From contig NMRA01000557.1 of assembly GCA_002633005.1 (NCBI GenBank), positions 19,679 through 83,678 on the forward strand: a stretch of 64,000 bases of DNA. The letters run 5' to 3'. Origin of the DNA: Phoronis australis (Eukaryota; Animalia; Phoronida). Shown in pieces: positions 27,285-41,830 of the stretch. Under the pieces are notes generated by a model. That model saw only the letters and a program-made list of their open reading frames with translations, made no database searches and had not been told where the DNA came from. Position 1 is the first letter of the stretch, and each line of letters begins with the position of its first letter. The position numbers and the translations under genes were made by a program.

Positions 27285-28120
27285 TCTGTTTATTGGCGTC
27301 CACCCCTCTATCAATCAAACTGTTCTAAGGATGATTGTGAAAATTGGCGTATATGTTCCTAATATGGAAGGGTTGGTTGACGATGATTTTCCGACGATTC
27401 GACCACTGTGGCACCTCCTAGTGGCAGTTTTGTGTTTTTGCGCCCGTTTCTGTATCTCCTGAACCGTTTGCAGGATATTTACGAAAGTTAGCAAGTTTAT
27501 TTATATGATGTTGACAACAGTTGACGACGACTTTCGCACGCATCTGACTGCCAGTGTGCCCCCTGGTGTCAATTTTATTTTTTTACATTTACCTATGTAT
27601 ATTCAAATTTAGAATATAGTCACCTATTGGTGAGGTGATGCTATCCTGCCGTTTTCGGATGGATTCGAGGTATTCTGCGCCATCTAGTGACCATTTTTAC
27701 GGTTTTCGAGTCTGTTTTTGGCGTCCACCTGTCTATCAACCAAACCATTCTAAGGGTGATTTTGTAAATTGGCGTATACCGTATGTTCTCATTGTGATGA
27801 GGACGGTTGACGATGGCTTCGAATATTGTTGCGCTTCCTAGTGGAAGTTTCGATATGCGCACATGGCTGTATCTCCTTAACCCGCTGCAGGATCTTTATT
27901 AAAATTAGTAAGTGTATTTATATGAAACTAACAATAGACGACGACAACTTTCAGGCGGACGCTGTGCTCACTTGAGGCAATTTCACTGTTTCCATTGTTT
28001 CTTTTAACTTCCTTGACAAATTTTTATGAAATTTGGTTATAAGCTTTCCATTAAAGAAGCGATGGCATGAGTCGTTTTCAGATGGATTGGAGTTTTGCAC
28101 CATCTAGTGACAATTTTTAC
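27285..28120. repeat. Diverged ~430-bp tandem repeat of a dispersed family
   Basis: ttggcgtccacc..tctatcaa at ~27293 and ~27718, with recurring ctagtgg motifs; related inverted fragments near 670-800 and 3900-4120. Confidence 0.6.
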
Positions 28121-28139
28121 GATACAAATAAGTAACTCT

Positions 28140-30270
28140 AGAAACGCACGGTTTGCGTTGCTTTTGTTCAGGTTTAAAATTCGTCGTCCATTTGTAAGAC
28201 CAGTCATAGTGTTTGTTTAGGTCATTTTCATTGTAAGGAGTCGTAGGGAATGGGTAGAAAATTGCAGTGTCATCAGCATATAAGAATGTTTTAGAGTCCA
28301 TTGTGTTTGGAAGATCACTGACGTACAGTAGAAAGAGTAAGGGACCTTAGCTACAGTAGTACGCTACCCTGTAGTACTCCAGCATTTGCGATATCTGGCG
28401 TTGATGAGGGTGATAAGACACCCTCAATTCGAATCTTGTAAGTTCGACATTTCAGGCATGATTTTAAAAGAAGAGAGTGCCTGAAAAGCCGTAAGAATGT
28501 AATTTATGTAGAAGTAGATCATGGGAAACGACACCAAAAGCTGACGCAATGTCTAAAAGTACGGATCTCCTTTGCTCAAACTGGAGGTGGATTTTGTGTA
28601 CAATTTTTGTAAGTTGGGACACAGTGCTGATATTCAAATGTGCGACGATATGTGAGGTGGTCAAATATGAGTTGAGAAATGATTTTTTTTCTAAAATGTT
28701 CGATGAGGTGTTAAGTAGAGTTATGGGACAATAGTTCGCAATGTCTGTTTTGGAGTTCTTTTTGTGTATTGGTATCATAACACCAAGTTTCCAGTTCAAA
28801 GGAAATGTTCCAGATTGTAGTATTTTGTTGTATAATGTTGTCAGAGGAACTGTAAGCTCTTTTGATATTATCTTGATCATTTTATTAGTTATTAGATTGG
28901 TACAATCGTTTTTGTTTTCGTCGATGTTTTCTAGTAGTTTTCGGATTTCAGATGGTTGGGCTTCTATGTCAGAGAGGTGTTCTAATGTTCTGTTTGGGAA
29001 TTCGGGAAAGTTTGCTGTTGGTGCAATGTGACTCTTGGCGGTGAAGTACTTGGCGGTGAAGTATTCTAGAAATAATTTACTTTTTTCAGCTTTAGATGAC
29101 GCCTGAGTGTTAGATTCTTTTGAGTGGATGGTGGGGTATGACGATTGTTTTGCCGGTATTCGAATTTTGGTTACTATATCCCAATATTCCTTAGAATTTT
29201 TGGAGACATTTTTGATGTTGGAGTTAATTTTCATCTTAAAATCTTGTTTTGTCTTTTTAATTAGTTCTTCCACACTCTTGGACTGTTCTTTGTAGCACTT
29301 AAACGTGCATGGGTTATTTGATTTTCTGAACAATCTGTACAGTTCATTTCTTTTATTTATTTCAGACTTAATTTTATTGTTAAACCACGATTTGTTCCTG
29401 TTTTTTATTGTTTTCATGGTTTATGGGATATTATTATCTAGTATATTGTAGAGTGACTGTGTGAATGTTGAGACTGTGTCATTTATCTCACATTTGTTAA
29501 GTATTCCAGTCCAGTTAAATGTGGTTACGTATGTCGGTGCGCAGTTTGTCCACGTTAATGAGGTTGTAATTCTAGATCTTTTGATGTCTGGTGCGCAGTT
29601 GAGTGTGAATGTTGTTTTCTATAGCGTGGTGGTCTGAGTTACCAATGGAAGGTCTAACAGAAGTGGATTAAATTAATCCAAGATTGTTTGTAATACATAA
29701 ATCAAGACAAGAATGTGAATACTCTGTTCAACGTGTCGGTTCGTTTATTAGTTGCACACAGTCATGTTGAGAGGAGAATACCGAATAATTCGAGACTGGC
29801 TTGGTTGTCACTGTCGTCTGAGTTTCAAGTACTGTTCCTTGCGTTGAAAACCCCGTTGATAACAATTGTTTTATTAGTTTGTGAGAGTTCTTGCAATTGT
29901 TCTGAAAAGGTCTTGAAATATGCTTTCCTTTCACGGGACGTCTGTGAGGGTGAGCGATAGAAAAAAAACATAATATACCTTCGTGTGGTTGACATAAAGT
30001 TCAGTTATTGATTGATTGTATAATTTTATTATCAATTGTTTTGTAATTTAAGGAATTGTGGATAAACAAAATCAACCACCTCCCGGCATTAGTGTGGTAG
30101 GCAATGTTGTATTCTAGAATAATAAATGCACTGAGGATGTCTTCGGACAGTGTTCCGGATTCACATATGGCTATGACCATGTAATTGTTGTCTATAATAA
30201 ATTGCTTGAGAAGATTAATCGTCTTGATACTGTTGATGTGAATAAGACCTTGAAGCTGGCTAAACCCTGA
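28140..30270 (-). mobile_element. Decayed LINE (CR1/L2-like) ORF2: endonuclease relic plus reverse transcriptase
   Basis: ORF 28464-29417 (SWFNNKIK..FPLNWKLGVMIPIHKK..NYCPITLL..LDIASAF..VSHDLLLHKLHSYG), then GPLLFLLYVSDLP and FLYADDT (~28265-28285); EN-like IHINSI..VIAICES near 30160-30250; many frameshifts. Confidence 0.9.
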
Positions 30271-33200
30271 GTGTCTGGTCCTGGATTGACCAATGTGTCG
30301 CCAGCAGTCAAAAGGCTCTGCTCAATGATAACTCAGATATGTGTTCTTCATCATGTTGCAAACATTACGTAAGTGCGCAGTTCGGGACCGTTTTCGTAGC
30401 ATAAAAGTGAGGTCGAGCGTAATGGGCGAAAAGCAGTGATTTTTTGTTTTCCAGACACCCGTTCAATTGTAATTATTATCTGTGTAGTTAAAAACTGATA
30501 AATTAATACAGTTTCTACTTAACGGGCTTATCTAAAAACACAAAAAGATATATAAAGGTGTGTGAATAGACTAAAAGTATTGAAGTAAGCAATGAACACT
30601 AGGGTAGGCATGAAAATCCCCACTACGCTAATTTAATTACATTAAGTGAGGATGAGTCTTGCAAATAGGAAACTGATGAATGAGTAACATTAAAAAGTGA
30701 AGTCGATAGGCGTACTACGGATGTGAGATTAATTCAAATAGATGAAAGTCAACGGAGTAGACAATTTGTACATGAGAAGAACATGAATAGTGTACTTTGG
30801 GATGATACAATATGGAATACAAAAACACATATTACATAAGTGAGTATGGAAAAGTTCAAAACCAGCAAGAAGGTACGCTGAATCGTTGAAAAAATTCCTT
30901 CTGGACGAGTTAGTGAGAGGGCTAGAGAGAGGCCGAAAAGTCTACCCCAGAAGATGTGTCAAAGAGAATTTGTAACTTGAAGAACGAGTCGGGAAAAATA
31001 TTTGCCAAAGATCGCTGGCTTTTACCACAACAGGTTCAAAGTAATTTTTTGAGATAGGCCACTCTCAGCAAATGTGGAAAACGGGGACAGTTGGATGTAG
31101 GAAATAGGACAGAGGAAGTAGAGAATGCATTGAAGAGGGACAATCTACGCTTTAAGATCATCAAGGATGTAGCATTGTAAAAATTCAAAGAGAGGAAACA
31201 GTACAGTGGCTGGACCTGTACATACTCTGAATGATCTGCTAAATCCACTGGTGGCATTAATATGTCAGCACAGCTGTGTAGGAATATAAATGTAGGCATG
31301 TGTGTTGTTGCAAGCTTTGTTGAAACGAAAACATCACTAATCTAAATTTACATGGAGTAAATATTTGTCCAGCCACGGATCATGATCCTGGGCCAGTGTA
31401 TTGAGTTGGTACAGCCACTTGGTAATTGAACGTACTCCTTTTTGTTTAGCCTCTGGGTTTTTTGGTCTCCCAGTGTGGCCATTACATTTAGAAGTTTGTT
31501 TCGTGATTTCTGACCACTGTAGTGTTTCTTTTCCTTGAAATTGTGTAATTGATCTGAATTGATGTTTCCGCGTTTTAATTACCATTATACATTTTTGTTT
31601 GTAAATGAGTATATATTTCTGCCATTTGATTCCCTCTTACACTTTGGCTGGTTCTGTTCACGTACCTTTCTGCCTGGGTTGCGATAAACCCACAGTCTGT
31701 CCAGGAGGTTAACTTTTGATTGAGACCATAAACTTTTCTCGATTTGTTCCTTATCCAGATGGGAGGTGATTTCTGGAATTGCAGCGAATTGAGTTTGCTA
31801 TTCTTTGAGACCATGTTGTGGGCATAAAATTGCTCACTATTTGACAAGCCATGATCTTATAGAGCCTGGTCTCTAGCAATTGCATACATGTGTATTTCCT
31901 GTTCTTTCGAAATTTTGAAATTGCTCAAAAGTGATCATGGTCTAATACGTGGCCTATTTCATGACGGTAAGTTGTCTCAATCAAAAGTTGGTGGATGTGA
32001 TTGTAGGCGGGATTATGTCCACTATAAATGATTTTTTGCAGTACTGGAAAGTGTTGACACATTAGCTCTGGTTACTCCTTGGTTTTTGGTGAATTGGTCA
32101 TTTTATGGTTCCTATGAGTAATTTCATAACTGATCTAGTATGCAAATACAAGTGTAATCGCACGGCATTCGTTATGCAAGCCATGTTGCAAAGGTATTTT
32201 TTGCATGACCACTTCAATGCAAAAATCCTGTCTAATTGGAACCGACAAGCCAATTTTTCACATTATGGTGGTTATTTATTGATAAAAACATCGATGTAGT
32301 ACACATTCTCCGTAAAAACATCAACCTGAAGTTTGTAAAGAAGAAATTTACATTGTTGCCAGCAACATTGCAAAATCCCCGGACTTTATGGGTTTTGTGA
32401 GGTTGACTCTGTCCTGTATCAATTGGGTTGTTGAAAAGGTCTAGAAGGCGTTTATTGATTAGAGTCATAACAGTTACAGTTATCTTTGTATTGCATTATG
32501 AAAATATATTTTGTAGTATACTAGCCTCTGGTTGGTGTTTTATAATTTTTCACATGAATTTTTTCTTCTTAGATGAGTTGTCTGTGAGTTAGTCAACTTT
32601 CAAATAAGATAAAGAATAAAATGGTTGAGCAATGTTTTATTTTTGATGTCTATAATCTTCCAGTGGGTGATTACTTTTGAAAACCCATTGAAGAATTTGA
32701 TCTTTACTCTTCATTTAAAGAAGAATAAATCCATAAACCTGCATTGTCGAGAAATTTTACTCAAACTACACATTACAAAGTCGGAGATTAGAATCTTTAT
32801 ACAACGCAATATGAAACCGTACCATGAGCAATATAATACAATACAATACATGGACATAAAGATATGGTTTTTAGGTTACAAAGAAAGGATTCGTGTGCGT
32901 GTTAACAGTTACTGCGGTGCGTAATAAGTGTTTGTGTATACTTCGGGATTCTCCTTCTGTGGTTACCCACGGGAAACCTGGTCGCACACAGAGATCCATA
33001 GATTAACGTGTTCATTGTTCCCGTTGTTATAACGACAAGTATTTATCGGTATGATGTACGGCCAAGGAACTGTATCCATTTGACTTGTGCTTATCCAACC
33101 ATGACGCAACAAAGGAAAACAGAGATACGACAGATGGGCGATAACCATTCGAGGAGTTGCCATGGACTGCGGTGGAAAACAAAACATTGCTATGGTCTTT

Positions 33201-33359
33201 CCTTTAAGTCCTATGAAAAACTGTGGTTGTGCCACTCAATTTGTTATTCATTTGATATTGCAGTGCATTACATGAAGATTTGATCAACAAAAATTTTGAT
33301 TTGAAGATGTGTGAAGAAATAACCAATAGGAAATTACAGGCAAGGCATAACAACTATCA

Positions 33360-33906
33360 AATCAAAACAACCTACAGTACAGTTGTCGAGTTCATGTCTA
33401 ACCCTGTTCACTTGGGAGGACGTAATCGACTTTTTACAAAAATGGAGCCATGTATGGTATCTAGGAGTATAATAGTTTTAGATGGTATGTAGTGAAACAT
33501 CCAAAACAATCAGGATAGCGGGGAGGGAATATGCGCAGATTTGCAAAAATTGAGCACTTTGTGACAAGTTTTTGCAATTTGGTACGCTGTTAGGTATAAG
33601 CAAAGGAAATTCAAAAAACACCGCAAACAGTGTGCTCGCCCCCTGGTGGTCGTTACGCGCAAAATCCAATATGGCCGCCTCCGAAAACGGAAATTGGCAT
33701 ATGTCGACTACAACTACCACTAGAACAAATTCTAATATCATCTTTCCAATNAATCAAAACAACCTACAGTACAGTTGTCGAGTTCATGTCTAACCCTGTT
33801 CACTTGGGAGGACGTAATCGACTTTTTACAAAAATGGAGCCATGTATGGTATCTAGGAGTATAATAGTTTTAGATGGTATGTAGTGAAACATCCAAAACA
33901 ATCAGG
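33360..33906. repeat. Exact 155-bp direct duplication across a single N (likely assembly join artefact)
   Basis: 33360-33514 is identical to 33752-33906; N at 33751 immediately precedes the second copy. Confidence 0.85.
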
Positions 33907-34014
33907 CGCAAACTCGCTCGCAAAATATCAAAAAACATTAAAGACAGTCTGATTATTATACGTGCTGACACAGCAATCTCAGATATTTGAAAATTTCTCA
34001 TTTTAGTACATCTG

Positions 34015-34164
34015 GGCTGAGTTGCATAAAGCTTCAAAAGTTATCTTCTGGGTAAGTTTAATTGTTGCATGACGTCAGGTGCATTGTTCAACAATAACTA
34101 CGTGACGCGTGATGATGTTACGTCATTGTTGCTATACGGTGTTTAACTTTTAAGCAACTGAGCC
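34015..34164. mobile_element. PIF/Harbinger-type MITE
   Basis: ggctgagttgcataaag..cttttaagcaactgagcc termini with 3-bp TSD ctg. Confidence 0.7.
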
Positions 34165-37100
34165 CTGAGGTGCCAAAATGTATAACTACAAAACTGGTTG
34201 AGAAAGTTTTTATTTTATGCGATGAAAATAACATGTTTTGTCAATATTTTGGCCAAGTTTCATTCTCATAGCAGTGCAGGCAGATTTGGTATAGCAGTGT
34301 ATTAAAATATAACCTCAAAATGACATAACGGGGGCAGTGTAGTAAAAGTGCTAAAGGAAGGTGGTAAATCGGCAACTTAGTTCAAGACATCTGTGTAACA
34401 ATCTATTGACATCACCAAACAATGTCAAATGAAATATAGATCAAAAGGTTTCATTCAAGGAAAAAATAAACGTTTAAAATTAGACAGTTTTTACAGCGTG
34501 ATAACATGCGCTGCTAAGCCGTAAAATGTGTTTGAGCCTCAACTTTGATAGAACGTTATATTTTGGGGGAATATTTTACTAGTCTTTATAGATCCCATAG
34601 GACTACCTATTTGGCAAATTTCGTGGAAATCAACTGACCCCCCACCTTGCCGCTGGATGCACGCTGGTTTGCAGAAATGTCGCGAAGCTGACTTACGAAC
34701 CATTTTATAATGGGCTTATTTTAATGAATTCTTTACAAACGGCCGTAACCCAGTCAAGCAGTACGTAATAATGGAAATATATTCAGACAGTTATGGACCG
34801 GTTGAGGATGTTAAGGATAAAATTACCGACAGCTTCAAAGAAACGCGTCATTAAAGAATCTGTCACAAGATATCACCATTCTCATAAGCCACTTAATACT
34901 CTCCCCCTGAAGACGATTACCTGACTTGACTGGCAGCTGGACATGGGAAATTGTGATGATACTGTAAAGCAATTTACAAGCGCAACGCAATGAATGAATA
35001 ATTATCAGTAACGTGTGCCTACAGGGTTCATTGTGTTTGGTAGTTTGAAACAAATATCTCTGTTTTTAAATTTTCGCAACGAGCAAAGCAATCCAAGTGC
35101 AGTAAAAGAACACAATCCTACAAAATAATAATCGTGCACTACCTGCGAAAGTGATTATTTGAAGTTTAGTTTTATAAAAAGTCAGGGAAAACAACAAAAC
35201 ACGTCCTAACTTATTCAAGGTGAATCACGAAATTCATATTGTATATTCTAACCTAAAATAAAGGAAGAGTTTGCATCGTTTGCTGCTCTTTTGAACAATT
35301 TTAAAATAACGAGATGAATTTCTTTTTAGAAACTCAATCTGCTTTTAGTAGACAAGAAACAAAGTATACTAGAAACGATTGACAAAAAGCTTTAAACAAG
35401 GAATAAAGAAAATTGGATTGCACAGCAGACCTATTGGAAAGGGGGAATACGATATATTATAAAACACTCCTGTACAGTTTGCCATGTCATGTAAAATCTA
35501 TGAAATCATTTGATGGCAGCTAATAACGTGGAGTCGTCTGTACTGTTTGGTTGAAAATAGTCGGAAAATTGACAAATTTTGCAGTGTACTGACCTTCTGC
35601 CGGTTGGCATACAACCCTGACCGTCTCCCAACTGACATTTTCACCAATATCGTCTAATTTCTCTACTGGCTTCATGCTGTGTAACGTCCACTTCCAGACC
35701 TTCCTCAAACCGTCCACACGTTAAAGTGGTTTCCCCGTAGCGGCAATAACGGGTCTAAAGCCACGGTTCAGGGTTTTGTAGCTCCTCCAAAAATGAAGAA
35801 AATAGAGTAAATCAGGTTCGACACGATTTGCGGACTAAATGGGACGTGATGACCCGAATGATATTCTGTAGTTCCTTGAATTGTTTTGAGTAAATCACAG
35901 AAATGTAGGCCTCCATGACCAGATTACTACGAGGAAATGAAGTCCAGAGATTTGGCCTCTGATCTTGTCTACCTGGATACGGAAGTCCCGCCATTTTCAA
36001 AGCGCATCCTTGTTCAATGTCGGTGAATTTTTGCTACGAATACAAGTGCATGTACCATTCAGACAAGTAAGCGTTGGCCAAATCTGGTTGGTAATAAAAA
36101 TACTTTAACGTAGATTTGTAGAATCTATAATATTTAGATTCTCGTTTCTTCTGTTGTACCGGAGGTGTGGTGAATTTACGATTTTAGACATAAAACGGTC
36201 AAAATCACAAATTTTTGGGCACTTTTTGACATCTTAACTCTTTCCGATGGACCGGTGATCATAACAAGGTAAAAACACATGGTTTGTTGAATTTCTTCAT
36301 CTTTGAGAAACCCCGTAAACGTGTAGTTTTCGTCTTTGCATATCTAAAATCATGCCAGTAGAAGCATATGCATACAGATTAATGCTCCGTTTTCTTGGCC
36401 CGTTAATCAGCGGGAAACAGTCCGACAACGATACGCTAAAATTTTATAAAAATCGTTGTCTTATGATATTTAACACTGCAATCTGAACACAAGATTGATT
36501 CAGCGACTAATTAAAATGAAACATTAAGTTTATTTTAGTAAGAAATGATTTGTTTATTGAAACAGGCTGCGCGTGCACCTTTTTATTTTACTTAGCTTCC
36601 CAGCCCATTGTGCCTTGCCGCCTGGGACATTCGCATTGCTAAACTATCGTTGGAGTGAGTGGTTGGCAAAGAAAGAGTATTATGATCATAACTTTTAAAA
36701 TCAAAAATAAAATACAGGTTTATTTGAAATAAAATTACCTTTGTTGCTTCTTTGTTGGATATAACAATACAGGTGACACGGATATCGTACCTTGGTTGCA
36801 CATCGGAGGGTTACTGATAAATGGTTAACATTATCTTTACTATACGAAAGAAAAAACAAAATGAACAATGGACACGCCTATCTACTGATATCTATGTGAT
36901 GATTTTGCGACCTAGATTCCCCGTGGGCCTTCTGGTAAAAGAGAATGGTAACCACTGCAAAACGAATGGGAGGTTCTACCTGCGTAAAACACAAAAGCGG
37001 GACTTTGAAGCGGTTACATACACTGTAACTCGTCTTTGCCACCGAAATAGAATTCAATCTGCACACCTGGTATTTTTAGGGTTTGCTCGTAAAGACTTTT

Positions 37101-38468
37101 TAATTTCAGTTAATATTAAAGCAGTCTCTTTTAGTTTCAAATTTCAAAAATACTATCAGTCAACTGCTCGCCACTTCGTCGAATTTCCTGTCCCAATGCA
37201 AAGCACGTCTCCTTATTTGGTATGGTAAGATATAGATGTAGTACATTTGCCTTTTATAGAAAATGTGACTTTTGACTTCAGACCGTGAGCGCATGCGCGC
37301 ATTTATCATAAGTGGGAGGGGGATTAGAAACTTTGTGGTAACAACAGTCTTTCCTTCACGCGTTTTTCAAAAATCGTTAATTTTGTCATTTTTTCTGGAA
37401 ATTTCCTCATTGGGTAATTCGAGTTATTCTGTATTAGATGTTGCAAGATGGTACTTTCGTCAGGAATTGTTCAAAAGATGTGTTTGACGAGATTTCGCAT
37501 CCCATGCCTCTTTAAGGCGCGCACAATATAAATCACTGTGTGTATATAATCACGCAGTGAATTTGATCATTGTGATTAAAGTAGTCCCTACATTGTACTT
37601 GTCTAAACAATAGAATTCACCTGAATGGTTTACAAATTGATTGCTTATGGGAATTTTCTGGGTAGCTTAGAACTGCACAAATCGTGAATTCAGGCGCATA
37701 TTAACTGAGATTCAAAAATGAAATTAAAGATAAAATCCGGAGAATCTAATCATTGTTTCGTTTCTTTTCGTTCGATTGAATCTCGCGGAGAGAACATTAA
37801 AATATGTTCAAGTATGTGTACGCTGGTTTGGTGACTTTCACGCTTGAAGTAAATGAACTCCTCTGATAGTTGGACGATTTTTTCATTCAAAATTGTCGAA
37901 ATGTATTTTATTGATCGTGCCCTTGAAAGCGAAAAGGACTCTAAGTTGTAACCAAATCGGACATCGTGAGCACGCATAATGACTGTATCATCTGCATGAG
38001 AGCACTGCTAGCTGCACTATATATGCCACGCCGCTTTTTTGAAAATCCCATGGGTGTTCCTTTTCGGACGCGAAAAGCCACATCGCTAAACTTAACGGTT
38101 GGGGGAGGGGATTTCATAAATCTCAGGTGATAGACATGCATACAGTATCTGTGTTCTTACTTTTTTCGGAGAAATAAGTAGTGAATTAAAGGTATCCTTT
38201 CTCAATAGGATTTATTTTTTTACTTTTATTTAGGATTAGACTTGATTTCTCTCTCACAACAGACCGTACACTACGCGAAAAGGGATGGGGGTACATGTAA
38301 GGGTAGGTCGAGATGATTCAGGGCGACCTGGTGTGCACTGTCATCGTTGACATGTGTTGTGGCTGCCAAGATATCGGACTCGTTGGGCGTTCAACTATCC
38401 CTGAACATCACTTTTATTTTGTTGGCTAGTCTGAAATATGATTATTAGCGTTCATCTTTTAATTGTAG

Positions 38469-38935
38469 GCTTGTCTTCCAAATGTTTCACCAAGTGGTAG
38501 ACCATTTTCCCTTTCTGGAGCACAACGAGAACAGCCTCAGCGCAGGGGGATTCAGCCCACAGGGTAGTGACGAAAGTTGTAAAGCAGCCGTTGAATCGTT
38601 TAACTTGGTTGAGGCGAACCTTGCAGGCTCCCCAGGCCAACTGGAGAACTTGCCAAGTAGCGTCGATCCGACCTCGTATTGGGACTTCGATTTCGACGAC
38701 AATGACATTGGATTGGACAGTTTACTCCAAGGTGATCTTGAGTTTTCAAACATGCAATACTTGGAATATTTATCGTTTGACCAAAATTCCCCGACTCTTG
38801 CTGCTGAGTTTGATACAGACGTCCAACAGTCGGACTCAAATGCAACACTGGACTTTGAAGGTGCACGCAGCCTGATCGACGACGATCTTCAATATGGAGG
38901 AGAGAAAGGAAAACAAAACCCCGCGGATCCACAAG
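38469..38935 (+). CDS. Nuclear receptor, putative N-terminal acidic A/B-domain exon (ATG at 38482)
   Basis: Acceptor ttgtag, donor AAG|gtaaat, 151 open acidic codons. Its phase-1 end joins the 57606 exon in frame (G+AC=Asp). The link to the receptor is inferred from phase and orientation. Confidence 0.65.
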
Positions 38936-41529
38936 GTAAATTCACCATTGAGCGCAAACTTTAAAGTCTATCTTGAACGGTAACACCTGTTAATCGCTCT
39001 GAGTCCACTAGTGCCATAAATTGCCAAATGTAACGAACTGTAAGACGTATTGGCTTGCTTTTGTCTCACCGCTACAATCACCTTTTAATTCAAACAGCTG
39101 CGAATAACACTCGCACGCAGTGGTGTTCTATTCAGTCTCCTATTCAATACAATGTTATCAGCTTTTTGTTGTTTGCGCTGGGATCTCGCGGTGACACAAC
39201 AAGACACGAAAAGGCAGCTTCACTTATCATTTGACGGGCTTACATTTGCGCGATTGAACTAGCGTTTTCTTATTTTACTAAGACTTTGCTAGGACTATCT
39301 GGTTAACGCAATACATCTAACATAACAGAATTCCGTTGAAGTTAGGCTTTAAATATATGGATAAAAATTATCATTCGTTTTATTGATGCTGTTAGAATGT
39401 AGCATTCTTAACATTGTTCTAATCGCTTGATTTTTATTATTTTTATGGTAATACATCAATTTACGTGCATTTATCTTAAAATCGTGCTTAAAAATTAGCG
39501 GTGTTTAAGAGAAGGAACGTATAATTTCTCTATTTAAAATTGAAAAGCAGGCATAAGTCAAAAGCGGGATGAAAAGCTAAGCTTGCTAATCATGCTAACC
39601 ACTAAATAAAGACCAGCATCTGATAATTTTATTAGCCCCACATATTCCTAAATCATAATCTTAATGTAAAATTTTTAACGTCTTGTGTTCACACTGGAAG
39701 ACAGCACAGTGTTTTGAATAGGCAAAATTCGAATGGCATAAGTAGATGTTGTCAACTGAACCATGCTGAAACATAAACATTTGTGTGCTTCACATTGTGT
39801 TATAAAAAGATACTGAAGCCGTGTTACTAATACTTTTAAAGCATCACCTTTACTGGGTATTTGCATGGGCATGCGTCAGAACCATCCACGACATGTCCTA
39901 GAGAATGAGTTTGTACAAAGGCGAGAACTAATTTAAAAAACAAATAGTTAAAATGCGTTTTTATTACAATGAAGATTAATTATGTTTGAAAATTTATTTC
40001 ACATTTCTTATTTTGACAGTCACATTTACCTATTAGTTTTGAATTAGTATTCTACTTAACGCATAAAACAGTTTTCTTGATAACCGACAGGTGTCAAATA
40101 CAAAATGGTAACCATTCTCATATTGCTTACCATTTCGAAGGGCACTCAGGATTTTAGAAAGCTGTTTTATATCTTAAACCAAATGTATTGAAAAGTTAAA
40201 ATTCTAGAGTATATTCCCAGTATAGGTCTACGTGTGATGATTTCGTTAACAAGGTCAATCAGTGCATTTCGATTGATAAACATTGAATCAGTAGCAAAAG
40301 ACCAATATAGCTTAAGTACTGCAAAAGTGTGAATTATTGTGAATTGATATCTTAGTCACAACAAGCAATTTGATACTTGAAATCCAGAGCGTACGTCCGT
40401 CATGTACCTCCGTCACACTCATTCAACTTACATCGAGCTGTCTGACAAAAAATTCTTAGAAAATATTATAAAAAATTAGTGTGTTGTTCTTTGCAAACAT
40501 TCTACTAAATCATCATATACAACAAAAAAATGTAACTAAATGCAACCCACAGAAAATTAACGTTTGTATGCAAAAAAAAAACAAATTCCCTGCGTACGTC
40601 CGTCACACCCCTTCAAAGACAATTTTCTCAGGCAGAATCATATGACAAAAGTTATACATGCTTTGAAAGTTATCAATAAGACCTATCAATTGATGTACTT
40701 ATTATTTTCCTAGGATGAACATTTTTCCCAATTGTTAAACATGTTCTATGATCGTACGTCCGTCACAAATGGAACTGCCCTTTGATCAATTAGATTTGCT
40801 TTCGACAAATCTTTCAATTCACGTTAACTTCAGAGTGGGCTTGTTGTAACAGATGACATCTGGTATTTTGAGGGTACCATTCTCATATTTTGTACTAACG
40901 TGTTACTTTTGAATCCTTCAACTTAACTGTTCCATTGAAGTTTGAAAATATGTTCATTTCCTTGAGTTGGTGCTCTGTGGCCGGTTGCAAGAAACAGTCC
41001 TGAACAGGGACTCAACTAAATTCCCAAGTCTTTTACATATTTGTTTCGTTCTTTACTCACAAATGAAATATTTTTCTATCATTTTTAACTTTATTATGAG
41101 CTCCTCTTTGACTGATGACATTTTCTAGTAAGATCACTAAAACTAAGCCCTCAATTCAACCAATCAAAATAACCAGGGACTTAGTCCTTAAGTTTGGGTC
41201 GTTGCATGGAAAGACGTGACAGTCCAGTTTATACCTGGCAAAGAGCCCTCCTAAAAACCTTTTTGCTGCGGATCCAAACTACATTAGTTTTTTATTTAAC
41301 ACGGTAGCGCGGTGATTTCGACACAGTACGCAATTACACTCATGGCAGATTGTTGCCAAACAGTTCAATGTTCAATGACGGATTTATTTCTTGAAGTCCG
41401 CAGTGTCTAAAATGGTCGGGAAATGTTTCCACGGACGGGCAGCGGTTATGACTAACACCCGTCTCTTTTTCCTTTATCCCAATTGAAAGGAGCCAGTCCT
41501 AAAAGCACCGATGATGTGGCATTGTGTTT

Positions 41530-41830
41530 CATGCGCGCACTCAAGGGGGAAGGGGGCTCAGGCAGCTCATTCGAGCCCCCCCCCATCTGGCGAAGTGGGC
41601 AAAATGGTCCGCCTCAGAGAAACAAAATATCCGAGAAAACGAGACAAAAGTCCACTAAAATGACATAAACGCACAATTAACGCACAATTCACAGCTCCGA
41701 ACTTGGTACTCCGTATTTATTTTTAATGTTTTGTTCATGATTTTTAAGCTCTCCCGCTTTTTTGTTAGTAAAAGGTCCACATCGTTGGAAATTCGAGCCC
41801 CCCATATATTACAGCCTGGGTGCAAGCATG
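41530..41830. mobile_element. CATG-terminal MITE with 5-bp TSD
   Basis: catgcgcgcactca..tgggtgcaagcatg; TSD tgttt on both sides. Confidence 0.8.

Noticed and set aside
33360-33906. 155-bp direct repeats as LTRs or a biological duplication
   Set aside because: 100% identity starting exactly at an N join and no TG..CA ends or TSD; most likely a contig overlap or haplotype artefact.
40390-40770. Recurring cgtacgtccgtca motif as a CRISPR-like array
   Set aside because: Only 3-4 short, irregularly spaced copies in eukaryotic DNA; fits transposon subterminal repeats.
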